From: Candidatus Sungiibacteriota bacterium
GTDB lineage: Bacteria > Patescibacteriota > Minisyncoccia > Sungbacterales > HO2-52-23
DNA length: 64,000 nt
Direction of reading: 5' to 3'
NCBI GenBank assembly: GCA_016432465.1
Contig: CP066690.1
Coordinates: 122,702-186,701 of the forward strand
Position 1 is the stretch's first letter. Each line of letters begins with the position of its first letter. Position numbers and translations under genes: made by a program. Positions 8,523 through 17,921 of this stretch are shown one piece after another. The notes beneath the pieces were generated by a model. The model had not been told where the DNA came from. It ran no database searches and was given only the letters and a program-made list of their open reading frames with translations.

Positions 8523-10379
8523 TTAATTAGCTGGCTGACGGAGTCGTATATCTTCTTCCACGCGGCGCATAATCTCGTTTAGTCCGAGGACGGCAAAACG
8601 CAAACGCCAGTAGGCTACGCTTTCGGAGAATGTCTTGGCCAGCGCAAGTCGTCTTTGGGCCTCTTCCGGTCTTCCCAACTTAAATTCCAAAACTGCAAAA
8701 TAAAGATTGACTAGAGCGTTATTGGCGTGGGTTTTGTCGCAAATGTTCACAAAGAGCTTTCTTAACATTTCAAGTTTTATAGGATTTTCCTCCCGCCAGA
8801 TTTTTCCTTCATAATTTATTTTCCAGTCCATCACCATCCAAATATCCGCGATCTCGTCTCTCTGGGGAACATAAACAGGATCTCCATCCAGTAAATTTAC
8901 AAATTCCTTGGCCCGCTCCTTTTGTCCGGCGACATTACGGATATGCTGTCCGGTGGATCCTGTAAACGGCCGCTCTGTTCCGTCAATCAGCTGCTGTTGG
9001 GTAAGAAGACCGGTATTGAGCGCGTGGTTGGTAATTTCTACGCCGGGAATGTAGTTCAAAACCTGAATAGTGGACCAATCGGGCTGCGTTTCAACGCAAA
9101 GCTTAATGGTCTGCCAAACCTCACCAATAGTTTCATCAGGAAACCCAACGATTAAAAGAAACTTGGTAAAAATCTGGGGATATTTTCGCAGTATCTCCAT
9201 GCAACGGTGGAAGTGGCGCACACCGCTAGGTTTCTTAACGGATCGCAAAATCCTCTCACTGCCTGACTCTACGCCAAAACTCAAGCCAATGCATCCTGAT
9301 TCGTACGCGGCCTGTGCAATTTCCTCGGTCATGGCAGAAGCAATGATGCCATTGGACGCATCCCACGTGATTCCAAGGTTCCTCCTGACCATTTCGTTAA
9401 ATAAAGCCACCGGGCCTCCATAAAGAAGATCATCGTCCAGCCACATAATATGCCGGACTCCATAGGTATCACGGATGTACTCAATTTCATCCACCACGTC
9501 GCTAGCCGGCCGGTCAAAGACTCCCCGACCGTTAAAATTACGTACCGAACAGAAAGTGCATTGAGCCCGACACCCGACGTTAGCCAGAACCGTAGAAGCG
9601 CGGGTGCCTTCCGGCCATAACCAATAGTAAACCCCTATTCGTCCGTTTTTGGGACTGTAATCGCCAATCCTTAAATCATGGTAGTAGGGCCGGACACTTA
9701 CCGAGGTTCTGTTTTTAGCGGCCCTGTTTTTTAAAACGGTATATTCGCCATCAATTAGCGCGGCTATCTGTGATAGCGCCTCTTCTCCGGCTCTGCCGTT
9801 TACAAAATCCAGCAAGTCACCAAAAGCCGTATTGCCTTCGTAAAGACCAATAAAATCAATCTCCGGACAATCTTTCAAAACCATTTCTCCTGCCTGCGTA
9901 GTATGTACTCCTCCGGCAATAATGGAGACGTAGGGATAATTTTCACGGATAAACTCCGCAGTTCTTTTCATGGCGCGGTGTGTAACTGTAAACATGCAGG
10001 TCAGAGCAACAAGGTCGGGTTGAAAATTTTCTATCCTTTCCCGAAGCCATTCTTCCCACACATCGTAGTTAAACCCCTGACGCCCTGATTGTAATTCTTC
10101 CTGAAGATCAAAGTTGAGATCAATAAGGTCTGTCTCGTATCCGCGCTCTCTTAGGTTTCGGGAAAGAACGCCAAGCCCGTATGGAGGATAAACCGGATAG
10201 CGATTACCGACTGCAACTTCCACAGAGTAATCTTCTTTGGGAACATGGACCGGATTAACCAGTAGAACACGACGGCAACCTTGAGGCAATTTAAATCGTA
10301 GCTTCTCGGCTATTAGGCGCCGAAGCAGGTTATCTGCCTTTGACGTAACTGTTTTTAGCTCCACCACCAGCTGCCCCAA
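8523..10379 (-). CDS. B12-binding-domain radical SAM protein
   Basis: YPPYGLG, IAGGVH, GCRAQCTFC, DDD, FGVESGS, IVGFPDET. Confidence 0.92.
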   Translation of the reverse strand: MGQLVVELKTVTSKADNLLRRLIAEKLRFKLPQGCRRVLLVNPVHVPKEDYSVEVAVGNRYPVYPPYGLGVLSRNLRERGYETDLIDLNFDLQEELQSGRQGFNYDVWEEWLRERIENFQPDLVALTCMFTVTHRAMKRTAEFIRENYPYVSIIAGGVHTTQAGEMVLKDCPEIDFIGLYEGNTAFGDLLDFVNGRAGEEALSQIAALIDGEYTVLKNRAAKNRTSVSVRPYYHDLRIGDYSPKNGRIGVYYWLWPEGTRASTVLANVGCRAQCTFCSVRNFNGRGVFDRPASDVVDEIEYIRDTYGVRHIMWLDDDLLYGGPVALFNEMVRRNLGITWDASNGIIASAMTEEIAQAAYESGCIGLSFGVESGSERILRSVKKPSGVRHFHRCMEILRKYPQIFTKFLLIVGFPDETIGEVWQTIKLCVETQPDWSTIQVLNYIPGVEITNHALNTGLLTQQQLIDGTERPFTGSTGQHIRNVAGQKERAKEFVNLLDGDPVYVPQRDEIADIWMVMDWKINYEGKIWREENPIKLEMLRKLFVNICDKTHANNALVNLYFAVLEFKLGRPEEAQRRLALAKTFSESVAYWRLRFAVLGLNEIMRRVEEDIRLRQPAN

Positions 10380-10450
10380 TATCGTCTTAAGTGCTGGTCA
10401 TTATTATACTACAAAACCAGTTTCAAACAAGACCGGAATCAAAAACTAAA

Positions 10451-10470
10451 TCTCCACCCAAGGGTGGAGA
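10451..10470 (-). terminator. Terminator-like hairpin after the epimerase gene
   Basis: TCTCCACCC-AA-GGGTGGAGA plus an A-run that reads as a U-tract on minus. Confidence 0.6.
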
Positions 10471-10475
10471 GACAA

Positions 10476-11456
10476 TTAACTAGAGAAGAGATTAAATCGT
10501 GTCTGCCGGGCGAAATCTTTGTGGGTACGGTACCACTCCACAGTTTCGCGAATTCCTTCCTCCAACGAAATCTGCGGCTCAAAACCAAGAGACCGCGCTC
10601 TTTGAACGTCCAGGACTCTTCGGCGGTCGCCGCTGGGCCCGGAATCCTTCCAAATTGTTTTCGGCGTACACTCTGAATGCCGTAAAACTATCTCTAACAC
10701 CTGCCGTATGGTGTATCCTATGCCACTTCCCAGATTTACCGGCTCGGAGACTCCTTTCTTGGCAACCAGCATCATTCCTCGCGCCACGTCCCGCGCATGA
10801 ATGAAGTCCCTCACCTGCAGTCCGTCACTTTCCATCCTCAAAGGATTCCTGCCGCCTACTGCCTCCCGAATCAAATAAGGAATCACCATGGCCGCATCCG
10901 ACTCAAAATCATCATACGGTCCATAGGTATTGGCCGGACGCACAATGGAAATTTTTTCCCAACCATACTGGAGCCTATAGGCTTCGGCCTGAATCTCCCC
11001 CATGCGTTTAGCCAGCCCCGCAAACCAATCATTCTTAGAAGGAAAACCTTTCCAGACGTCATCTTCGTGGAATACTTCAGCCGGAGGATAAACGGCAAGA
11101 GAGCTTGCCAGTAAATAACCGTCAGCCCCCTTCTCCCGAGCGGCGCTAAGCATGTTTACGTCAAGCATCAAATTCATTTCAAAAAGCGTAGCGGGTTTTT
11201 CTTTGTTAAACCGCGGGGGGCCCTTGGCACATAATAAATTAAACACATAGTCCATCCCCTCGCAGACATGCAAACAATTATCCATTTTTAGCAAATCAAT
11301 CTTGCGAAACTCTGCTTGCTTGTGCGCACGCGATTCATGATCCAGAGATGCGATCCGGACTTGAGCTCCTTCCTGAATTAAAATCTCCACCAAGGGTATT
11401 CCAATAAGCCCAGTGCCTCCGGCAACCAACACTTTTTTATTGGCGAAGTCAAACAT
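10476..11456 (-). CDS. NAD-dependent epimerase/dehydratase (GDP-fucose synthase-like)
   Basis: VAGGTGLIG, RPANTYGP, RDFIHARD, NLGSG. Confidence 0.9.
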   Translation of the reverse strand: MFDFANKKVLVAGGTGLIGIPLVEILIQEGAQVRIASLDHESRAHKQAEFRKIDLLKMDNCLHVCEGMDYVFNLLCAKGPPRFNKEKPATLFEMNLMLDVNMLSAAREKGADGYLLASSLAVYPPAEVFHEDDVWKGFPSKNDWFAGLAKRMGEIQAEAYRLQYGWEKISIVRPANTYGPYDDFESDAAMVIPYLIREAVGGRNPLRMESDGLQVRDFIHARDVARGMMLVAKKGVSEPVNLGSGIGYTIRQVLEIVLRHSECTPKTIWKDSGPSGDRRRVLDVQRARSLGFEPQISLEEGIRETVEWYRTHKDFARQTRFNLFSS

Positions 11457-13426
11457 TAGAAGTGCCCTGCTTTTTCGGGTTCACATTTGATATTGCCATA
11501 AAGATACGCGCCTCTTTTGTTGCCATACCAGACAACAAGTTTATACCAATCCTCCCAGCTCTGCCAATGCTCGCTGTTGCGATCAACCCTGTAAATAAAA
11601 CTTCCCCGGACAAGCGCTACGTCACACATTGCGCGTACGCCCCGATAAAATTCCCAGATATTGTAGGAGAGCGTAAGAACGGTGTCTTCTTCAACAAAGG
11701 GAAGTTTTATAAGACCCTGATTAAGCTCTATGGCTTGACGGAGTAACTCTTCGTCAACAACGATATTATTTGTTCTGAAGAACTGCGTAAGGACCCGCCG
11801 GGCCTCGTCATAAAATTGATCCAGTTTTCCTTCTCTGCAAAGCTTAATAAAGATAAATTCGTCCACCGGCCAATAGATATTCAACCACTCCGGCGCCGGA
11901 CAATACTCTATGCCCCCGGCCATAATGCTTTTTGCCTTTGCGCGGAAAAAAGATTGTATTTCCTTAAGCACCGGGAATTCTTCCAGTTCCCCTTCGGTAA
12001 ATACCTCAATCAGACGACGATAAGACACGCCCGTGGTTTGACGCAAAACTATCAACGGTATCTGAAAAACTTTGTCAAAGTGCAGAAGCGAGGTCGTCCA
12101 GCAAAACACTCTGGTGCGCGCCCAGTCTTCCCGCGTCAGGGTGCTGGTTTCTACCACAATATCTTCGCTTTCTGCTACCTGATCTGGTGTTTCATCAATA
12201 ACACCGTGAAAGATAACTGCTTTAACCTCAACGGTTTTAAGTCCATACCTCGCTACATACTGCGGATCGGACATGGGAGCATTGGGCATCATAGAAAGAT
12301 TGCCAAACTGAATCCGGTTGTGCTGTCCCTGCTCAATGGTAAGCGCAACTCCATCGGCAAAAGAATTATAGGTTTCTTGGGGTAAAGCAATAAGCATATC
12401 GCTGTAAGTATCAATGCCGGCCTCGGTAAACCTTCTCTGAAGATTACGGAAGGCATCCATAGAAATATTTGTTCTCTCCACTGCCCGCAAAACTTCCGGA
12501 TCCTGCGACTGAAAAGCAATGGTTACACCGGTACTTAAACCGGCATCGGCAAGAATTTTTTGCGTCTGAAAAATACGTTCCTCTGCGTTTTTGGCATTCT
12601 GCGTAGAAAGGGCTCTGGGCAGACCGTAGTGCGCTTTGATCTCCGCGGCTTTTCGTGCAATATCAACGTCTCTCGGCAGCAGTCCGAAGTTGGCGTCACA
12701 ACAAAATATAAACTGTATCTTATGCTGCGCAAACCACTCCAGCTCTTTAAACAAAATCTCCAGATCAAATCTAATTACTTTATTTTTAGTGTTGGAGCCC
12801 CAGTCGCAGAAAGAACAAAAAAAAGGACAGCCGCGATTAGTTTCCCACAACGCATCCCATCTTTGATTAGGGTATGCTTCCATCAAAGGAGTAAAGGTTC
12901 CGTTAAGGTAGGGTGAGGGCATGACAGCGAGACTTCGCATCCTCGGAAGCCATTGCGTCTGAACACAGTTGCCCGAAGGGTCCAGAAAACTTACCGAAGG
13001 TACTTCCCCCCATTCTCCGGAAAAACTTTTTTCCAAAATATGGACAAAGGCTTGTTCTCCCTCGTTATGGCAGGCAAGATCTACAAAACGGTTTTTTCTC
13101 AAAAATTCTTCCGAACGATCCGGTACTTCGGGCCCGCCAAAAACAGTAATAACACTTGGTCTTTTTTGTTTTAGGCGCCGGGCAATTTCCAAAGAAATAT
13201 TGCGGTTCCAAACATAAAGACTGAATCCAACAAGATCAGCCTCCAGCAGATGCTCCACGGCGATGTCGACCGGAATACGTTTGTAAACCGGCAGAAGAAA
13301 TTGGTAGTTTCCGGGGTCAGCAACATTCTTTTGAGCATAAACCTGAAGGTCGGCGACCGAAAGCGGAAGATACGTTACTCCGGAGAATTCATTATTGATC
13401 TGCACCAAACCTATTTTCAGCGCCAT
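11456..13426 (-). CDS. B12-binding-domain radical SAM protein
   Basis: YLPLS, FSLYVWN, FGGPEV, EGE, ETNRGCPFFCSFCDW, DANFG; SD GAGGTG upstream. Confidence 0.92.
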   Translation of the reverse strand: MALKIGLVQINNEFSGVTYLPLSVADLQVYAQKNVADPGNYQFLLPVYKRIPVDIAVEHLLEADLVGFSLYVWNRNISLEIARRLKQKRPSVITVFGGPEVPDRSEEFLRKNRFVDLACHNEGEQAFVHILEKSFSGEWGEVPSVSFLDPSGNCVQTQWLPRMRSLAVMPSPYLNGTFTPLMEAYPNQRWDALWETNRGCPFFCSFCDWGSNTKNKVIRFDLEILFKELEWFAQHKIQFIFCCDANFGLLPRDVDIARKAAEIKAHYGLPRALSTQNAKNAEERIFQTQKILADAGLSTGVTIAFQSQDPEVLRAVERTNISMDAFRNLQRRFTEAGIDTYSDMLIALPQETYNSFADGVALTIEQGQHNRIQFGNLSMMPNAPMSDPQYVARYGLKTVEVKAVIFHGVIDETPDQVAESEDIVVETSTLTREDWARTRVFCWTTSLLHFDKVFQIPLIVLRQTTGVSYRRLIEVFTEGELEEFPVLKEIQSFFRAKAKSIMAGGIEYCPAPEWLNIYWPVDEFIFIKLCREGKLDQFYDEARRVLTQFFRTNNIVVDEELLRQAIELNQGLIKLPFVEEDTVLTLSYNIWEFYRGVRAMCDVALVRGSFIYRVDRNSEHWQSWEDWYKLVVWYGNKRGAYLYGNIKCEPEKAGHF

Positions 13427-13524
13427 CTGGTCTCACCTCTTTTCAAAGATCATTCCCACTTTGGATTATAACGATATTACAATAAATGAAGTCATATGGC
13501 AAGAAAAAATATAGGGGGAATCCA

Positions 13525-14006
13525 CGCATTGTTAACACTTTCCTCCGTCCCGCTTTTGATAAAAAGGTATTGGGGGTAAAGATGCTCGGCGAAGTAAAGA
13601 CGCCCCTCTTTTATTCTCCCCGCCTCGCTAAGCGTCCGTGCCGCCCCGTAGGTTATGTCCTTGATACTTATTCCTCGCTGACAGCGGCACTTCCGATTCT
13701 TTCCCCCAGTGAGGGGCTCGACCCCGCGTACTTATAACCGAAAGCGGGGCGGAGGTACGAAAGCGTGGTTGAGCGGATGGGAGTGAACGAGGAAGTTTGG
13801 TCGAGGCTATGTTCGCCTGAAGACAATGGGAGGAGCGATTTGCTTAGTTCCGAGCCGTAAGGCTAGGAAAATCGCGACGACCCTTAGCGAGCTTGCCGCT
13901 GGAGCAAGCGAGTCGTGTCTGAAGGCGAATATGGCGGAGGGCACCGAATTCCTAGTATATCCTGATCATCAGAACACTCAACCGCGCTTTCAGTATTAAC
14001 AACGCG
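13525..14006. mobile_element. Large TIR-bounded structured element, copy A (MITE-like or ncRNA)
   Basis: Termini CGCATTGTTAACACT / AGTATTAACAACGCG; internal stems CCGTCCCGCTTT..AAAGCGGGGCGG and GAAAGCGTGGTTGAG..CTCAACCGCGCTTTC; homologous in inverted orientation to 45201-45835. Confidence 0.8.
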
Positions 14007-14089
14007 ACTAAATTTTATAGAAAAAAACGGCCTGATCTGTCGATAGGCCGTTAAAGCTGTGGTTGCACCAAATTCGCTGGTGCGATAAA

Positions 14090-14812
14090 TTAAATAATTG
14101 ATTGATGCAGAGTAATCTCGTACGCCACTTCACGACGTCGGGATCCCAAGGTGTAATTTTCGCCGCGCAAAATATACATAATACCAAAGTGGGGCCTGGA
14201 ACGTACAACAGAAGTATTGGGATAAGAGCCGTGAATCAGGTTACCGTGCTGAACGTATAAAGATCCTTTCGGTAAATAAAGATCACTTTTGTCATAATGA
14301 GCAGGGACCCCTACTTCATTGCCGGGATTGTCCTGCGGATCAAAACTTGGGTGCGGTACAAACGGCAGAAGCGGCTCGTGATGTGATTGCGGATAAAGAT
14401 ACATGCCACCGTTTTCCGGATCACTATCTGCCAGAGAAAAAATGGCCGAGAGCGATACACCACGGCGCGCCCGAAGATAAGCATTGTCCTGATGCGGACG
14501 CCAAGCGTGTCTGGCAAAAGGCGTACCGGGCTTTTTAAATAAAACTTGCGACCCGATGCATAATGCCTCTCCACCCAGCACCTCTTCAACTATCGCCACA
14601 AGTAACGGCTGTTTTATTAAATGCAGAATTTCTGGTGCCTTCAACTCAATGTTTAAAATCCCCGGGAAGTCCGACTCCGCGTGCGCTTCAAAAATTGCAA
14701 GTAACCAAGCGCAGTAGTCAGATGAAAGAAGGTTGTTAACGACCAAATAGCCCTTTTCTGCATAAAAAATTCTCTCGGCTTCAGTCAGTACTGACGGCAT
14801 GATCTCTACCAC
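14090..14812 (-). CDS. Phytanoyl-CoA dioxygenase (PhyH) family Fe(II)/2-oxoglutarate oxygenase
   Basis: YAEKGYLVV, HQD (HxD), ENGGM..YPQSH, HGNLIHGS, R. Confidence 0.9.
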   Translation of the reverse strand: MVEIMPSVLTEAERIFYAEKGYLVVNNLLSSDYCAWLLAIFEAHAESDFPGILNIELKAPEILHLIKQPLLVAIVEEVLGGEALCIGSQVLFKKPGTPFARHAWRPHQDNAYLRARRGVSLSAIFSLADSDPENGGMYLYPQSHHEPLLPFVPHPSFDPQDNPGNEVGVPAHYDKSDLYLPKGSLYVQHGNLIHGSYPNTSVVRSRPHFGIMYILRGENYTLGSRRREVAYEITLHQSII

Positions 14813-14830
14813 CTCGATGTCCTTTAAATT

Positions 14831-14859
14831 ATGGTACTTGAGGGCCGTTTAGGAGTCAA
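14831..14859 (-). promoter_or_regulatory. Sigma70-like promoter
   Basis: TTGACT-N17-TACCAT on minus strand. Confidence 0.55.
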
Positions 14860-14881
14860 GATGAAAAATTTATCGGTACAA

Positions 14882-14904
14882 AAAAGGGGTTCTAGACCCC
14901 TTTT
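14882..14904. terminator. Terminator-like hairpin between the PhyH paralogs
   Basis: AAAAGGGGT-TCTAG-ACCCCTTTT. Confidence 0.65.
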
Positions 14905-14918
14905 GGTTATTATAGAGG

Positions 14919-15755
14919 TTATGTAAACCGCCTGCATCTAACAGCTTTTTTCCAGGATTCGTGGCCGCAAGCTAAACACGCTTCTTTTCTCTGCGCTATT
15001 CTGCCCGGCACAAAGTTCTTGCCCTTGCTGATTCCTAAAGTGCCGTAAGGCACAAGCAACATGGCCCGCGACCTTTCAGACTCATTGGAACGCGATCCAT
15101 GAATAACGTTGCCATGCAGAAAAAGAACACTACCTTTCTTAAATTCAAGATCAACGGCTTGGTACCTGGATGGAACTTCTACGCAATGTCCCGGACTTTT
15201 TCCTGATTTCTCATGGAAACTTTTTACTTTAACGCTCGGCAGTATAGGCTCTTTATGTGAGCCGGGATAAATATACATTCCGCCATTCTCAACAGTGTGA
15301 TCTTCAAGAGCAATGTTGCCGGTAATGTACATACCGTAATCTGCCTGCGGGTAGGCATTGTCTTGATGCGGATTCCATGCCTGCAAGGCATAGGAAGTTC
15401 CAGCCCGTTTGAAAAGAACCATGGACTGCAAATGAACAACCTCCGCGAGCTGCAGTATACCTAAAATCTTAACCAGGCGGTGGTCGCTAATCATGGACCA
15501 GACAGCCAGACTGTCATCTGCCAAAACCTCCCTGCGCTCAACTTTTTCATTACCGTCTGCATCCTGTTCCTGATACTCAACAAAGCCGCGTTCCAAATTC
15601 ATGATGCCGCGAAAATCAGGCTTGGCATAGCGCTCATAAACCCGCAGTACGGCTCCGCACTCTGCCGGAACAAAAACATCAGGCACAACTAAATAACCGT
15701 TTTCTTTATAAAGTTGTACTTGTACTGAAGTCAGGCCGCACCCGCAAATATCCAC
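14919..15755 (-). CDS. PhyH family Fe(II)/2OG oxygenase (paralog)
   Basis: YKENGYLVV, WNPHQDNAY, YPGSH, HGNVIHGS; SD AAGGAG. Confidence 0.9.
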   Translation of the reverse strand: MDICGCGLTSVQVQLYKENGYLVVPDVFVPAECGAVLRVYERYAKPDFRGIMNLERGFVEYQEQDADGNEKVERREVLADDSLAVWSMISDHRLVKILGILQLAEVVHLQSMVLFKRAGTSYALQAWNPHQDNAYPQADYGMYITGNIALEDHTVENGGMYIYPGSHKEPILPSVKVKSFHEKSGKSPGHCVEVPSRYQAVDLEFKKGSVLFLHGNVIHGSRSNESERSRAMLLVPYGTLGISKGKNFVPGRIAQRKEACLACGHESWKKAVRCRRFT

Positions 15756-15787
15756 GGTCTCTTTCTCCTTTTACAGATGCTTTTTGG

Positions 15788-15816
15788 AGTATAAAGACTC
15801 GGCGTGGCCGTGTCAA
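15788..15816 (-). promoter_or_regulatory. Sigma70-like promoter
   Basis: TTGACA-N17-TATACT on minus strand. Confidence 0.75.
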
Positions 15817-15839
15817 ATAGCATGAATGGTGATCTCCGC

Positions 15840-16499
15840 CTATATCATACTCTGTATAAGCGGATGGTCTTTGAGTTCTGTAAACTCCTCTAGTACTTCG
15901 TCCGCCTCCGCGAGCTGCTCGCGACCCAAGGTGGAAGCTATAGCAATGCAGTAAGCCCCGGCGGCTTTAGCGGCCCTTATTCCCAAGGGCGCATTTTCTA
16001 CCACTACACATTTTTCAGGATCAACACCCAGCATCCTTGCGCCTTTCAGATACGGATCTGGAAAGGGCTTACCGCGCTCTGTCATCTCGCCTGTTATAAT
16101 AGCCTTAAATTTTTCCAAAAAAGATGACGGTACAGTTACGGAAATTCTTTTAAACTGTCCGCCGCTTACGATAGCAAGGGGCACCCCTCGCTGATGCAAA
16201 GATTCCACGAGCTCCTCCACACCCGAATAAAACTTAAGCTGTTTACGGTGTCCGACGTAATGGCGATCTTTTTGCGCAACAATCTGATCGGCTAAAGTCA
16301 GGGCGTCAGGCCTGTCACCAAGTCCGCAAAAAATCTTAGCCATCTCACGGGTAGGCATACCCTCATGCGGCAAAAATTCTTCCCGCGTGAGGGCAATACC
16401 AAAATCTGCCAAGACCGAATGCCACGCCCTAAAATGATCTTCCATGGTGTCGGCCAAAACCCCGTCAAAATCAAATAATATTCCTCTAAAATTTCTCAT
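15840..16499 (-). CDS. HAD-superfamily phosphatase (beta-PGM-like)
   Basis: FDFDGVLADT, KPFPDPY, ENAPLG. Start set at ATG 16499, which overlaps the upstream stop (ATGA). Confidence 0.9.
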   Translation of the reverse strand: MRNFRGILFDFDGVLADTMEDHFRAWHSVLADFGIALTREEFLPHEGMPTREMAKIFCGLGDRPDALTLADQIVAQKDRHYVGHRKQLKFYSGVEELVESLHQRGVPLAIVSGGQFKRISVTVPSSFLEKFKAIITGEMTERGKPFPDPYLKGARMLGVDPEKCVVVENAPLGIRAAKAAGAYCIAIASTLGREQLAEADEVLEEFTELKDHPLIQSMI

Positions 16500-17002
16500 G
16501 TAAGCAGTTGAAGCGTTTCTCTCATCCACTCACCCATGTATTTATAATGAGGACTTGTAACTAAGTTACCGTCTACCACCACCGACGCATCCTCGTAAGT
16601 AGCCCCCGCATTTTCAATGTCGTCCTTAATGCTGTAGTAACCGGAGATTTTTCTGCCCTTGATAATTTTGGCGGAAATCAAAAGCTGAGAGCCGTGGCAT
16701 ATCGCAGCAATAACCTTACCTTTTTCGTGAAATTCCCTGATAATGCGCAAAATGTCCTGATCCTGTCTTAAATACTCCAAAGACCGTGCGCCTCCGGGAA
16801 GAATAAGTAAATCGTAATTATCAATTTTAATTTCAGGTATGTCTAGGGTTGGCACTACTTTTACGCCTATTACGCCGAAAACCGTTTCTTTGTCCCGTAC
16901 CGCAACATCAACACCCCAACCCGCCTCCTGAAGACGATAGTAAGGATAAACATATTCCACATCCTGCACAAATTTTCCGGTTATAATTAATGCTTTCCTC
17001 AT
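16496..17002 (-). CDS. DJ-1/PfpI family protein
   Basis: DVEYVYP, LILPGG, AAICHG, VVVDGNLVTS. Confidence 0.92.
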   Translation of the reverse strand: MRKALIITGKFVQDVEYVYPYYRLQEAGWGVDVAVRDKETVFGVIGVKVVPTLDIPEIKIDNYDLLILPGGARSLEYLRQDQDILRIIREFHEKGKVIAAICHGSQLLISAKIIKGRKISGYYSIKDDIENAGATYEDASVVVDGNLVTSPHYKYMGEWMRETLQLLT

Positions 17003-17763
17003 GCCACTGTTTTTTTAATGGCCATTAATTCCAGAGTTTCGTCATTGGCTAAACCATCCTCACGGGCTAAATGCTGCCACAGCATAGAGTCACCTGTGGC
17101 CATTATACCTGTTCTATCCTTGCCTAAAAGTCTTCCCTGAAGCAGCGCAATAACTGTGGGCTCAAAACTATTCAGTTGTTCTTTGAGCTCCGGCCAAGAA
17201 CCGGCAGTGACTACTACCACCTCGCACTCGCCTATCTTTTTTGTACACCGATACCGTTCCTTCTCATTATGAAAATGGCAGACGGAGTCATCCCGCACCG
17301 CATGAAATTCGTGTCCTTCGTAACGTTTTCCCTGCCTGCCGTACTCGTCATCAATTCTAAAAAGATCTGTCTTGCAGGTTGGTGTCTCAACCTCCATAAT
17401 GACGGCCCAGTCAGGATTTAAAGCCTCAGTCGTATGAAATACCCCCTTTCCAAATATAAGACCCTCGCCGGCTTTAAGTTGGTGTTTGGAACTATAGGTT
17501 TTACTGCTAACTTCTCCGGCCAAAACCGTGAGCGAGGTTTTTTTGTTGGGATGACAATGAAAAGATGTTTTTGCCCCTTTTTTCATGTGGAGCGCCCATA
17601 CAGCTGCGTCTTTATTCTGGAAAATTAAATACTCAAAGCCCCAAGGCTTTTTTATAAGTACGTTCCTGTAATCAAAAGTGTCGTCTAGTTGCTGCAGCTC
17701 GCCCGGTGAAAACAGGGTGAGAGCCTTTTTGTCTTTTTCTGACTGTTGAATCCAATGAATCAT
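16999..17763 (-). CDS. Cupin-domain protein (sugar isomerase/epimerase-like)
   Basis: KPWGFEYL, TSFHCHPNK, GVFH, EVETP, D.YGR. Confidence 0.75.
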   Translation of the reverse strand: MIHWIQQSEKDKKALTLFSPGELQQLDDTFDYRNVLIKKPWGFEYLIFQNKDAAVWALHMKKGAKTSFHCHPNKKTSLTVLAGEVSSKTYSSKHQLKAGEGLIFGKGVFHTTEALNPDWAVIMEVETPTCKTDLFRIDDEYGRQGKRYEGHEFHAVRDDSVCHFHNEKERYRCTKKIGECEVVVVTAGSWPELKEQLNSFEPTVIALLQGRLLGKDRTGIMATGDSMLWQHLAREDGLANDETLELMAIKKTVA

Positions 17764-17888
17764 GGCTGGGGGTCATCTCCAAAACCTTTTTCATAGCGAG
17801 GTTGCTCAATCTGCAGCAGAAAAGGGGGTTTAGAGATGGCCCTGTAATAATAAAACGCCGGGGTTTGCTCGCTGGTATCAAATTAAAA

Positions 17889-17912
17889 ACCGTCCCGATT
17901 GGTCGGGATGGT
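17889..17912 (-). terminator. Terminator-like hairpin
   Basis: ACCGTCCCGA-TTGG-TCGGGATGGT with adjacent A-run. Confidence 0.6.
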
Positions 17913-17921
17913 CTTAAATGT

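Noticed and set aside
13486-13737. 83-aa ORF in an intergenic region
   Set aside because: Lies within the structured element; no protein motifs
15840-16499. HAD protein as the missing gmhB
   Set aside because: Has capped beta-PGM-like features (DFDGVL, KPxP) and lacks the GmhB DRDG and CxH/CxCRKP motifs
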